Notes: generated by a model from the letters alone, not told the origin. Positions 39,122-48,927 are shown, numbered from the whole stretch's first letter. The stretch is 62,893 nucleotides of DNA, filler included, from Lentisphaeria bacterium (GCA_041690595.1; 5 parts of 5 records of this genome joined end to end with filler, not necessarily neighbours in it); one strand, 5' to 3'. Translations and numbers: made by a program.

Positions 39122-39538
39122 CGTTCTCTGCCTGCCCGGATGATCCGTTTCCACCAAGAAAGTGCCCTTTATTCTGCCATGCCCATTGCCCCGCCCCGCC
39201 ACATCCAGTCGCGCCTCGAGCTTCGGGGGCTCGTCATGGACTACTAGGAAACGTCACCAGACCGAGAGTTCCAGTCGATTCCCTTTTCCTCGATCTCCAT
39301 CCGGTTTCAAACGTGGATCTTGACAAACCCCATGCTCACCACCATATTGCACGGCATGATCCGTTTGCGGTATCGAGGTTTCTTCGAGCCCTCGTATCTG
39401 CACTTGGCGGCAGGGTGGAGATTACGTCAACTGTCGCCAATCCATCACTGACCGTGAGTCCTCTCGCGGCAGAACGAGTGCGGGTTTGTTTTCAATCGCC
39501 GCCTTCACGGCGGATTATGTGCGAAGCTGAGGGACTTG

Positions 39539-40816
39539 ATGACCATTCACGCTGAACAAACGATCACCAGGAACGAACGAACTTCCTCGTGTTTGCTCAT
39601 TGTCGACGACGAAGCCGGCGTGCGCATCATTCTGCGCGACCTGTTTGAAGGATACGATTACGAGGTCATCGAAGCCGCCGATGGACAGGAAGCCCTCAAG
39701 ATGCACCTGGAGCATTCGGTCGATCTGGTCATCACCGACGTCAACATGCCGACCAAGACTGGCCTCGAATTGCTCCATGAGTTGCACCAGCGCGACCCCG
39801 AGCTGCCCGTCATCATGATCACCGGCAAGCCGACCGTCGAAGCCGCCGTTGAATGCATCCGTACCGGCGCCACTGATTTCATCACCAAGCCCTTCGATCT
39901 TCTGGAGATCGGCAAGCGCGTCGAGACCGCCCTCGAGGAGCGTCGCAGGTCGTGCTCCGAGGCGCTCTCAGGCACCCTCATGCTCAACTATAGCGATCGC
40001 CGTTCCACCTCCACCGAATACAAGATCGTGCGAGCCCTTGGACAGGGCAACATGGGTACCGTCTATCTCGTTACCCGCGACCCCGACGATGGCCGCCAAT
40101 ACGCCATGAAAGTTCTGCGCACCGCCGGCCTCGCGGGCGAACAGAAATTCTCTACCCTCGAGCGCTTTCGCCGCGAAGCCGAATCCGCCCGCATGGTCGA
40201 GCACCCCAACGTGGTCGTCATTCACGACTACGGAACGGCAGCCAATGGCCAGGACCCCTACATTGTCATGGAATACATCGAGGGACGCTCCCTCAAATTC
40301 CTGATCCGTCATGGCGGCCTGGATCTCAACGCCAAGAGCAAGATCCTCTGGCAGGTGGCAAGCGCCCTGCAGGCCATTCACAAGGCCGGCATCTGCCATC
40401 GCGACGTCAAGCCGGGCAACATCATCGTCAATGACGAGCTGAACGCCAAGGTCACCGATTTTGGCATCGCCCGCTTGCCGGGCTCCGATCTCACCCTGAC
40501 CACCAGCTTCGTCGGTTCCCCTGCCTACATGTCGCCCGAAGCCTACATCTCGGCAAAGGTCGATCACCGGGCCGACATCTTCTCCCTCGGCGTCGTCGCC
40601 TATGAATTCTACCTCGGCCAGAAGCCCTTTGGCGGCGAGAATCTTCCCCAGATGATGAACGCCATTCGCACCCGCGAGCCCATTCCCCCCCACGATGTCG
40701 ATCCCACGCTTCCCGAAGAGCTGGTCGCCATGCTCTACCGCATGCTCGAGAAGAATCCCGATACACGCTATCAGGATCTCGAGGAAGCCATCGAGATTCT
40801 CCGCGCCTTCGCCTGA
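39539..40816 (+). CDS. Response-regulator receiver domain fused to a Ser/Thr kinase
   Basis: 'LIVDDE', 'ITDVNMP', 'FITKPF'; 'LGQGNMGTV', 'HRDVKPGN', 'DFG', 'GSPAYMSPE'. Confidence 0.92.
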   Translation: MTIHAEQTITRNERTSSCLLIVDDEAGVRIILRDLFEGYDYEVIEAADGQEALKMHLEHSVDLVITDVNMPTKTGLELLHELHQRDPELPVIMITGKPTVEAAVECIRTGATDFITKPFDLLEIGKRVETALEERRRSCSEALSGTLMLNYSDRRSTSTEYKIVRALGQGNMGTVYLVTRDPDDGRQYAMKVLRTAGLAGEQKFSTLERFRREAESARMVEHPNVVVIHDYGTAANGQDPYIVMEYIEGRSLKFLIRHGGLDLNAKSKILWQVASALQAIHKAGICHRDVKPGNIIVNDELNAKVTDFGIARLPGSDLTLTTSFVGSPAYMSPEAYISAKVDHRADIFSLGVVAYEFYLGQKPFGGENLPQMMNAIRTREPIPPHDVDPTLPEELVAMLYRMLEKNPDTRYQDLEEAIEILRAFA

Positions 40817-40826
40817 ACCTGCCGGC

Positions 40827-41630
40827 TCAGCTCTGCCGCCACTCGCTCAAGCATCCCTCGATGAAGCCGACAACCCGCAAGTGCTCCTCATGCCCTTTCA
40901 CCGTGATCGCCAGCGGCCCGCCAAACTCGATGTGAACCGGCTTGCTGGGATCCAGACTCCCGATGTCTTTGATCACGCGCCCTTTCGTCATCATATCCGT
41001 CTTCAACGCCACCGGGATCAGCTTCACATCCGCCGAACGTGCCAGTTTGCAGCCCAATGAGCTGAATTTGCTCGAATCGAACTCGATCATCCGCGTGCTC
41101 TGCGGGAAGATCACCAGCGAGATCCCGTCCAGCAGCAACTCCTTCCCCATCGACAGCACCCGCTGAAGATCCTGCCGCGGATTCAGGCGAGTTACCGGTA
41201 TCGCCCGCAACTCCGACAGAATCCTGCCGAAGAGCGGGTAGCGGATGAGGCTGTCCTTGACCACAAAGGTGCAAGGGCGGAATGGCATGACCAGGCAGGG
41301 CAGCACGATCGTCTCGATCGAACTCATGTGGTTGGCCGTTATCACCACCGCCCCGTCCGCCTCGGCAACATGCCGCAGCCCCCGGATGTGGAACATCCCA
41401 CCGACCCGCTCCAGACCCCGGATCTCGAGGTACGAGCTGCGAAGCACCGACTCCTGCGCGCTCATGCCCCGGAGAATGCGCCATACCGTGGCGAAGACGG
41501 TATACCCGAAGATTGTGTAGAAGAAGAGTATACGAATCCCCGGAAGGCTGACGATGGGCCAGCGGCTGCCCGGCGGAGTATCGTACTCGAGCTTGTCGCG
41601 AAGGTGCTGGATGAAAGTGTGGTAGCTCAT
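40827..41630 (-). CDS. Lysophospholipid acyltransferase (PlsC-like)
   Basis: 'ANHMSSIET', 'FVVKDSL..YPLFG', 'VIFPQSTR', 'LIPVALK'. Confidence 0.85.
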   Translation of the reverse strand: MSYHTFIQHLRDKLEYDTPPGSRWPIVSLPGIRILFFYTIFGYTVFATVWRILRGMSAQESVLRSSYLEIRGLERVGGMFHIRGLRHVAEADGAVVITANHMSSIETIVLPCLVMPFRPCTFVVKDSLIRYPLFGRILSELRAIPVTRLNPRQDLQRVLSMGKELLLDGISLVIFPQSTRMIEFDSSKFSSLGCKLARSADVKLIPVALKTDMMTKGRVIKDIGSLDPSKPVHIEFGGPLAITVKGHEEHLRVVGFIEGCLSEWRQS

Positions 41631-41813
41631 ATCGAATGGGGGAAGGGCGGTTTGTTTGGTTACACGCGCAATGTACGCCGGCACCGACGCCTGTCAATGC
41701 CCCTCCCTCGCTTTACCCAGCATCGCGGACTCCCGCGGCAGGCGTTGCATTCGACAGGCGCGAAAGGTATATTGCGACTTCACCTCGATGCTTCAGATCT
41801 GGTCGGATGATTT

Positions 41814-43022
41814 ATGAAAGACGGGCTCCTCATTCATGCGGATTATTGCCTCACCCCCAAGACGATAATCCACAACGCCGCAATCGTAATCCAGGACGGC
41901 AGAATCCTGGCCGTAGGCGGTGTATCCGCCTTCATCCATATCGAAGACTACCACGTCATCGAGATGCCCGATTGCTATCTCATGCCCGGCTTCATCGACA
42001 CCCATCTCTATGGCGCCGGCGGTTTCGATTGCATGCATGCGGACAAGGATCCCGACATCACCGGCATGGCCCGCATTCTGGCCGAACACGGCGTCAGCTC
42101 CTTTATCCCCACGACACAATCGTGCGGCCCCGAAAAGCTCCTGGCCGTCGTCGAAGTCCTGGCCGACCTCTGCGATCGCGAGACGGGTGGGGCGGTGCCC
42201 GCCGGCATCACCATCGAGGGGCCCTACATCAGCATGGCCAAGCGCGGCGCCCATCCCAAGCAGTATCTGCGCTCGATCGACCTTGAAGAAGTCCAGGATG
42301 TGTTGAACGCGGGAAAAGGCAAAATCCGCATCTGGACCTTCGCCCCCGAGCGTGAGCATGCCCTCGAACTCATCGCCATGCTCCGCGAGCATCAGGTCAG
42401 TCCATGCTTGGGACACACCGTAGCCGACGAACACCAGGTTCGCGCCGCCATCGCGGCCGGTGCCAACCGCTGCGCCCATCTCTACAATGGCATGGAATCC
42501 CTGCAGCAGCGCCGCGTCGGCCTCTCCGCCCTCGCCCTGACCAATGAAGACATCTGGGTCGAGCTGATCACCGACGGCGTCCATATCCATCCGGGCATGA
42601 TCGATCTCGCCTGCCGCAGCAAACCCAAAGAGCGCCTGATCGGCATCAGCAACTCCACGGAAGCGGCCGGATTGGCTCCCGGTGTCTATAAACTCGGCGA
42701 CGAGACCATTGTCGTCGCCGACGGTCGTTCCACCCTGCGCGGCGGCACCCTCGCCGGCTCCGTCAGCTTCCTCGATGGCAACTATCGCTACCTCCTGGGC
42801 AATACCCACTTGAGCCCTCAGGAAGCGGCGGCCTGCTTCACCCTCAATCCCGCACGCAGCATCGGGCTCAGTGATCGCGGCGAAATCAAGCCCGGCAAGC
42901 GCGCCGATGTCGTGATCATGGACCACGAGAACCAGGTGCAGATGACGATTGTCGCCGGCAAGATTGTCTACGACCGCGAAAATCGCGCCGCTGCCGCCGG
43001 TATCGCCGAAGCCTCCGCCTGA
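41814..43022 (+). CDS. nagA: N-acetylglucosamine-6-phosphate deacetylase
   Basis: 'PGFIDTHLYGAGG', 'EGPYIS..KRGAH', 'HLYNGM', 'DGVHIHP', 'LAGS'. Confidence 0.92.
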   Translation: MKDGLLIHADYCLTPKTIIHNAAIVIQDGRILAVGGVSAFIHIEDYHVIEMPDCYLMPGFIDTHLYGAGGFDCMHADKDPDITGMARILAEHGVSSFIPTTQSCGPEKLLAVVEVLADLCDRETGGAVPAGITIEGPYISMAKRGAHPKQYLRSIDLEEVQDVLNAGKGKIRIWTFAPEREHALELIAMLREHQVSPCLGHTVADEHQVRAAIAAGANRCAHLYNGMESLQQRRVGLSALALTNEDIWVELITDGVHIHPGMIDLACRSKPKERLIGISNSTEAAGLAPGVYKLGDETIVVADGRSTLRGGTLAGSVSFLDGNYRYLLGNTHLSPQEAAACFTLNPARSIGLSDRGEIKPGKRADVVIMDHENQVQMTIVAGKIVYDRENRAAAAGIAEASA

Positions 43023-43036
43023 ATCCCCGCCAACCG

Positions 43037-44449
43037 CTAATGCATCGGCGCCGTCATCCGCTGGTAGCGGGCGATCTCCTGCTCGATCCGCGTGGGCGTC
43101 CAGTCAAGCTCCTGGGCCATCCATCTCGCCACCTGTCGCGCCGCCTCCGCGGGCTCTTCGAGATAGTAGTGCCAGCTGCTCCGCCGCACCATGATATCAT
43201 CCAGATGTCTCACCCACTCATGTCGGCAGTAGTAGGCGACCGGAGCCCGTTCGAGGTCGGGCGGAAGTACCCCCGAGAAGTCGGCAGACTCCACCAGTGG
43301 CTCCCTCGCCGTTCGACAGGGGAGCGCCGCGAAGTCGTGCTGTCGGCAGATCTGGTCGACGGCTCCCTGCGCCATCGCCCGATACGTGGTGAGCTTCCCC
43401 CCGGTCACATCCCACCAGCCCGGATGCGGTTGCGTGATCTCGTGCCCCCGGGAAATGTCCGAAGGATGCCCCTTCGAATCTGCCACGAGCGGTCGCAATC
43501 CCGCCCACGTGGCACGAACATCTCCCGCCGTAAGCCCGATCCCAGGTAAGGCCTGGTTGACAACCTTGAGGATGTAGGCGATATCTTCCGCCGTGGCGCG
43601 CGGCGTCTCGACCGGCCCGGCGTAATCCGTGTCGGTGGTGCCGATGATCAGGCGCTTGCCCCAGGGGAGGAGAAAGAGGATGCGGCGCTCCTCTGTCAGC
43701 ACCACGGCCTCTTCAATTGGCAGGCGCTCATGGTTGATGACCAGATGAATCCCCTTTGTCGGTCGCAGCCGTACCGCGCTGTGGACGAGCCGATCGCCCC
43801 AGGGGCCCGTCGCATTGACAATGCACACGGCACGGACCGACCGCTTGCCTGACGTCGAGTCCTGCAGATTGCACACCCATTCCTCTCCCTCACGGTTGGC
43901 CCCGGCGAAGCGGGTATAGTTGGCGATCTCGGCGCCATGGCGCACCGCCGAGTGGAGAGTGTCGAGGACCAGGCGCGCATCATTGGTAAGCGCATCGTAG
44001 TAGAGGACTGCACCGGAAAGATCCGTCGGGTCGAGACCCGGCAGCAGCCGCAGGACTTCATCCCGCTTGAGCCCCCGCGAGGCCGCGAAGCTCTGGTCGC
44101 CTGTCATCAGGTCGTAAAGCTTCACGCCGAGGTGCAGCTTCCATTTGGTCCAGGGCGTATGGCGGCGGGTCGGAAAGAGAAAGGGGAGTGGCTTCGAGAG
44201 GTGCGGCGCGATCCGCGTCAGAATCGCCTTCTCCCGGCTGGCCTGGAGAACCATGCCGAGCTTGCCCTGCGTCAGGTAGCGCAACCCACCATGCAGCAAG
44301 CGGCTCGACCGGCTGCTCGTACCGAAGGCGAAGTCGTATTGCTCCACAAGCAGCACCCGCAGCCCGCGCATGGCGGCATCACGCGCTATCCCCGCGCCCA
44401 CGATACCCCCACCCACGATCACCACATCATGACGCGCTTCGTCCTTCAT
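43037..44449 (-). CDS. glpD: FAD-dependent glycerol-3-phosphate dehydrogenase/oxidase
   Basis: 'IVGGGIVGAGIARDAA.RGL', 'GTSSRSSRLLHGGLRYL', 'GGKLTTYR'. Confidence 0.92.
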   Translation of the reverse strand: MKDEARHDVVIVGGGIVGAGIARDAAMRGLRVLLVEQYDFAFGTSSRSSRLLHGGLRYLTQGKLGMVLQASREKAILTRIAPHLSKPLPFLFPTRRHTPWTKWKLHLGVKLYDLMTGDQSFAASRGLKRDEVLRLLPGLDPTDLSGAVLYYDALTNDARLVLDTLHSAVRHGAEIANYTRFAGANREGEEWVCNLQDSTSGKRSVRAVCIVNATGPWGDRLVHSAVRLRPTKGIHLVINHERLPIEEAVVLTEERRILFLLPWGKRLIIGTTDTDYAGPVETPRATAEDIAYILKVVNQALPGIGLTAGDVRATWAGLRPLVADSKGHPSDISRGHEITQPHPGWWDVTGGKLTTYRAMAQGAVDQICRQHDFAALPCRTAREPLVESADFSGVLPPDLERAPVAYYCRHEWVRHLDDIMVRRSSWHYYLEEPAEAARQVARWMAQELDWTPTRIEQEIARYQRMTAPMH

Positions 44450-44569
44450 GGCCTCTACGATACCCTTTCTCCACCTTCACTGCAAAATAACACTCTCCCT
44501 CCAATTGCCATCGCCATCCCCCCGCGTGCTCTCAATACCATTAGCCTCAGCCTCCACAGGCCCAACAAC

Positions 44570-45210
44570 GTGGGGGAGAGGTTCTCCGAACCGCGACGGA
44601 GCCGCTCTCTGAGCGGCGACCTGCTGCTCCCGCGCTCCCTGGGCACGCCACTCGCCTGAGTGGCACCGGCGTTGGGCGTTGCCCCTTCCCAACCTCCATC
44701 ACTCCTCCCGCGCTCCCTGGGCACGCCACTCGCCTGAGTGGCCTCCCGCGCCTCGCCCCTCCCCAAAACCTCGGTCAATTCCTCGGTCGCATTCCTGGGC
44801 ACGCCACTCGCCTGAGTGGCCTCCCGCGCCTCGCCCCATCCCAAAACCTCGGTCAATTCCTCGGTGCCGGCACATCGATACCCCGAACCGCGACCATCTT
44901 CCCAGTGGGGCAGACATTCCTGTCTGCCTTCAGACCTCACTACGCCAAACATCCAAGCTTGCCGAGGTGGCCGCAATCATCCTGATGGCGTTGGCCTCTA
45001 TTACTTGGGCCTGCAGCCAAGGCTTGCCCGCACTTTGCGCTCTCTGTGTTCTTTGTGGTCAATGCCTTGAGCTCCTTCGTCTCCCTTCGAGTTCTTCGTG
45101 GTCTCCACACCGCCCCATCTCCGTGCCTCCGTGCCTCCGTGGTTCATAACCGTCCGTCCCCGTGGCCCCCTTCTTTCGTGCCACGTTCCGTCCTCCCCGC
45201 GTCCCCGCTC
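44570..45210. repeat. Cluster of several REP-like palindromes and short tandem repeats
   Basis: GCCACTCGCCTGAGTGGC at 44647, 44725 and 44803 (78-bp period); GCCGCTC-tct-GAGCGGC; GGCAGACA-ttcc-TGTCTGCC; CTCCGTG x3. Confidence 0.85.
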
Positions 45211-45618
45211 TGGCGGTTCTTCCGCTGACGGCGGTGGTTTGTACGGCCGCGATTTTGGCCGCGTCGCCGGTTTTTTTTGATGTTTTTCAAGAATTTTTCG
45301 CGGCAAAATCGGCCATTTAAATGTATAGCTCCGACTATGGATTTAATCGTCAGGGCGTCGTAAGTGCCTCCGGTAGCGATAGTTAAAAAGCATACTGAAA
45401 TGATCATGTTAACGAGACAAGGTGGCAAAGTAAAGTAATGGAACGGTTTTCAGGCCTGAAAATATGCTTGACAGCGATTATCGGCGATGATAGCCTATTG
45501 CGAATTGCCTGAAGTGTCTATATGAGTACCTCAATGGGACAGGATACGGGTAGAAGGTAGAGTTCATGGTTTATAAGCATTCCAGGTTCAGCGTCTGTTT
45601 ATGGACCGTCATTGTCGC

Positions 45619-45718
45619 NNNNNNNNNNNNNNNNNNNNNNNNNNNNNNNNNNNNNNNNNNNNTTAATTAATTAANNNNNNNNNNNNNNNNNNNNNNNNNN
45701 NNNNNNNNNNNNNNNNNN
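45619..45718. other. Artificial contig linker
   Basis: N-run with TTAATTAATTAA. Confidence 0.99.
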
Positions 45719-45870
45719 TGGCCGCAGCCTTCGATGTGAGCGAGCGGGTCTCCCTGTTCGCCCGGGTGGAGAACCTGCTGGACGAGGAGTACCTGGCGGC
45801 GCGCCGCCCAGCCGGCGTCCGGCCCGGGCGACCCCAGACGGCTCTGGTCGGGGTGAATCTCAGCTTCTGA
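45719..45870 (+). CDS. C-terminus of a TonB-dependent receptor (FecA-like), partial
   Basis: Frame from 45721 reads ...SLFARVENLLDEEYLAARRPAGVRPGRPQTALVGVNLSF* (terminal Phe). Confidence 0.8.
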
Positions 45871-46025
45871 TCCGCACGGAACGGTCGCGCCGGCTCGATT
45901 CGGGCCGGCCGCCTTCCGCATGGCGCATATCCTACAGACCGGCTGCCGCAAATTTAGAGACGATAGCTCTGCAGCTGTGTGCAACTGAGGATTAGTTGCA
46001 ATGACGTGCCTCGGTCTCTAAGCTG

Positions 46026-46265
46026 ATGAGCCGGCGTGAGAAGCAGATACGCAAATTCCTTGCTGAGGGAGCTCAGCTAACTTGGGAGGATGCAGTTCGG
46101 TTTCTCGCGGCTTTCAACTTTGAGCAGCTTCCACCGGGAAAGGGTTCCCGGCGAAAGTCCGTGCACAGAGTCACTGGAAGGCTAGTCATCCTTCCGCATC
46201 CCAGCAATCGAATCAAAGGGTACATGCGCTCCCAGATCATAGAAGCAGCAATATGGCTGTATTGA
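46026..46265 (+). CDS. hicA: HicA-family toxin
   Basis: 79 aa basic protein, 'GKGSRRK..H', 'PHPSNRIKGY'; overlaps hicB. Confidence 0.8.
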   Translation: MSRREKQIRKFLAEGAQLTWEDAVRFLAAFNFEQLPPGKGSRRKSVHRVTGRLVILPHPSNRIKGYMRSQIIEAAIWLY

Positions 46266-46642
46266 AGCACCGCGGCTATGTCGGATCGGTCGAATTGTCG
46301 ATCGACGACGAGGTACTTTTCGGCAAACTGCAGTTCATCGATGACCTGGTGACCTATGAAGCGACCGACATCGCTGGCTTAAAAGCTGCCTTCGAAGATG
46401 CGGTTGAAGACTATGTTGAGACCCGCAGATCCCTTGGGCGAGAACCGTCGCAAACGTGCAAGGGGTCATTCAACGTTCGGATTCCACCGGAGCTGCACAA
46501 GGCTTTGGCCACGAAAGCGCTAGAAGAACGTCGAACGTTGAATGACATCATCAAAGCCGCTTGTTACGCGTATGTTGACAGGCGAAAGCCGCATGCCCTC
46601 GACGAAGAGTCACAATGCTGCACCCGCTCAATGTCGGGATAG
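46253..46642 (+). CDS. hicB: HicB-family antitoxin (RHH C-terminus)
   Basis: 'YVGSVELSIDDEVLFGKLQFIDDLVTYE', 'GSFNVRIPPELH'. Confidence 0.93.
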   Translation: MAVLKHRGYVGSVELSIDDEVLFGKLQFIDDLVTYEATDIAGLKAAFEDAVEDYVETRRSLGREPSQTCKGSFNVRIPPELHKALATKALEERRTLNDIIKAACYAYVDRRKPHALDEESQCCTRSMSG

Positions 46643-46699
46643 AGCGAGGGAAAGCCCTTGATCGCGCCCAACCGGCCTGAAACCCGTACTTTTGCCTGA

Positions 46700-46715
46700 T
46701 AGTGCCCAGGGCGGG
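46700..46715 (-). other. att remnant (displaced tRNA-Leu 3' end) bounding element B
   Basis: TAGTGCCCAGGGCGGG matches 52991-53006 at 15/16 positions. Confidence 0.7.
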
Positions 46716-46793
46716 CGGCTTCAGGCCAGTATAACCGAGGGCTCTGGGGCAGAATTGCCTACCCACTGTTAAACCGGCCTCGGGCGTTGCTGT

Positions 46794-47051
46794 CTATTGG
46801 AAGAAGGCGTATTGAACGACCAGAACAAGCACCCCGATAACCACACCGACGACCACCTTCTTTATGACTCCGTCGGCAGCGCCGCTGGTGTGTCGGAAGC
46901 CCTCACCACCATTCCGAGCCGCACGTAAGGTCTGGGCTTCGAAATCTACATCCCCATCGACGCGCACTCCATCGCCTCCATTGTCGTACACCTCGATACG
47001 TCCGATGCTTATCTTCGGTTTTCCATTGTCTTTCATACGCTGATCTGGCAT
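46794..47051 (-). CDS. Small C-terminally anchored membrane protein
   Basis: Two 'NGG.G' repeats (beta-helix-like) and TM VVVGVVIGVLVLVVQYAFF. Confidence 0.6.
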   Translation of the reverse strand: MPDQRMKDNGKPKISIGRIEVYDNGGDGVRVDGDVDFEAQTLRAARNGGEGFRHTSGAADGVIKKVVVGVVIGVLVLVVQYAFFQ

Positions 47052-47079
47052 CGCCGCCGGTCCAAATAAGTCTACACGT

Positions 47080-47376
47080 CTACTGCTGCAATGACGAAAC
47101 GAAAAACGGCCCCGAAGGGCCGTTCTGTGGGAAGGGGGAGGGAACTTGCCAGGAGATGCTGCCCGCCCTGGCCGCCCGGCGGATAGCCCGCCGCCCCTCC
47201 GGGACCAGCTCCGCCACCGCTGCTGCCGTCGGCTTCTGCTTCTTGCGCTTCAGGGCTGCGATGGCCTTGTGGACAGCCTCCGTCCGCGCCGCCTGATCCT
47301 TCCCGAGTTCCTTGTCCACCTTGACCGGCTTCAGCACGTCGTCTGCGGTGGGGTAGGTGTGGGTTGCCTTGGCCAT
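47080..47376 (-). CDS. Small basic putative DNA-binding protein (KfrA-N-like HTH)
   Basis: GGAG RBS; 'AIAALKRKKQKPTAAAVAEL'; 3' end uncertain because the ORF runs through a terminator. Confidence 0.55.
   Translation of the reverse strand: MAKATHTYPTADDVLKPVKVDKELGKDQAARTEAVHKAIAALKRKKQKPTAAAVAELVPEGRRAIRRAARAGSISWQVPSPFPQNGPSGPFFVSSLQQ
47101..47124 (-). terminator. Intrinsic terminator with UUCG tetraloop
   Basis: AACGGCCC-TTCG-GGGCCGTT-TTTC. Confidence 0.8.
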
Positions 47377-47496
47377 GTTGGGTCTCCGTTGTGGCTGTAG
47401 GTTCAGCTTCAGTCAGGTCCGGAGACTGGCCAAAGAGGGTTCCCGATACCGATTCCGAATAGCGGCGCTACTGTGAAGGAGCCAGCGCGAACAGAG

Positions 47497-48927
47497 TCAT
47501 GCCTTTGCCGCCCGCTTCTGCGACTTTCGCTTCTGTGGTGCCTTTTGTTTTGAAGTTGCCGGCGATTTCTTTGAGGAGCTAGAGACATTTCTAGAGTCCA
47601 AAAGCATGTCCAGGACTTCCGGAAGAATCTTCTCTGCTGAACCTTGGGCTGAAAGAATTCTCGATTCATCAAAGCCATCGATTCGGGCAGAGTAAAGGCG
47701 CCGAAGATTCCGTACCAATCCCCAATTCGGATCGCACACGATCAGTCGCTGGTTAGACTTCCGTGTCATCGACCGCTCAACGATCTTGTTTATGTAGGTA
47801 TCGGCTTCCGAAAAGGAGAAGCCAACTACGATAATATGATCTGCTGTTTCGAGGCTTATTCGTGCTGTGTTCCAAAGGTTGATTAGGTTCGGAAAAATGA
47901 TGAACTTCAACCCCATCGGCGGGATGAGAAGCGGGCGACGCTGTCCTCCACAATTCTTGCAGATTCCGATTACCGCAAAGCTCGTAGTGTCGCTTTCGTA
48001 CGCTGCCTTCAAATCCAAGAGTGAAAAATCCCGGACATCGTGGCATGAATCGCAGTAGGACCAGTTTATGGACCCATGAATCTTGACCAGATCAATCGCA
48101 CTGTCATTAGCAGCGCCCGTCTCATCGATGTAGGTATTTACGGGAACGTTGGCCCGAATCAGGGCTTCATCTACGCAGCCATCATAGTTAGTGGTAACAA
48201 TTGATGATTTTGGGTGCTTTTTAACGAAATTGACTACTGCTTCGTGTCCAGCGTTGGGACGTGCCGGAATCATCGTGCCCGTGAGTAGCCCGAATAGAAC
48301 CTGTAGTGTGTCTTGAAGAAGAGCGATCGAAGAGGCGTTTACCCGCGGTGGCGATCTGCGCCGGCCCAATGGGCCAGATTCAACCTCCGAGCTACTGGCG
48401 CGAAAGAGAAAATAGTCAAGCAGGTCCGTGACGCTGCTACTCTTTGCAGCAAAATCAGCCAAATGAGCGGCGGTTAGTAAATCCTCAATGTTGTCGATCT
48501 TGTGCTCATTGCACCAGTCGGCCAGCCTATCTAGATCTTCTCTACCGATCTTACCCGCCCTCCTCAGCAATTCCGGGAGGAGATTGGCCACGGTTGGAAT
48601 AGAAGATGGTTCTGGAGCAGATGCTCCCGCGCCTAGCAATAGACACACTCGGTTCGTGGGCTTTAGGGTCAACTGCTTAATCTGACCATCGATCGCATCG
48701 ATTTTCTTGATCTCGCGCTCGATTCGCTTAACCACGCTCTCGGGAGCGATTTCAGTACTTATAATCTCGGCGTAGTTAGCTTCCCAAAGATTCTTCCATT
48801 CTGGGTGTAGGGGTTCGTCGCTGTGCTCAGTGAGCATCTCGTACAATGATCGAACTACTCGAAAGGGATCGCGGCTCCGTCGAGCCCCTTCAAGTAGACG
48901 GCTTTGTTGCCGGGAGATATCAGCCAC
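47497..48927 (-). CDS. SIR2-family protein (putative NADase, defence candidate)
   Basis: 'LLLGAGAS', 'IVTTNYD', 'LVKIHGS', CDSC/CKNC, 'IIVVGFSFSEAD'; visibly lower GC than neighbours. Confidence 0.9.
   Translation of the reverse strand: MADISRQQSRLLEGARRSRDPFRVVRSLYEMLTEHSDEPLHPEWKNLWEANYAEIISTEIAPESVVKRIEREIKKIDAIDGQIKQLTLKPTNRVCLLLGAGASAPEPSSIPTVANLLPELLRRAGKIGREDLDRLADWCNEHKIDNIEDLLTAAHLADFAAKSSSVTDLLDYFLFRASSSEVESGPLGRRRSPPRVNASSIALLQDTLQVLFGLLTGTMIPARPNAGHEAVVNFVKKHPKSSIVTTNYDGCVDEALIRANVPVNTYIDETGAANDSAIDLVKIHGSINWSYCDSCHDVRDFSLLDLKAAYESDTTSFAVIGICKNCGGQRRPLLIPPMGLKFIIFPNLINLWNTARISLETADHIIVVGFSFSEADTYINKIVERSMTRKSNQRLIVCDPNWGLVRNLRRLYSARIDGFDESRILSAQGSAEKILPEVLDMLLDSRNVSSSSKKSPATSKQKAPQKRKSQKRAAKA

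Noticed and set aside
39380..39445. XRE antitoxin-like peptide 'LRALVSALGGRVEIT' and a TTGGCGGCAG/CTGTCGCCAA hairpin
   Set aside because: Too short, and no HTH or credible start; may be chance
44639..44870. Mini-CRISPR (26-bp palindromic repeat, 78-bp period)
   Set aside because: Only three units; the sequences after units 2 and 3 are nearly identical; the same palindrome occurs as a dispersed REP at 654-784
45270..45618. AT-rich segment with promoter-like hexamers
   Set aside because: Probably the upstream region of a gene beyond the contig end; nothing specific can be supported
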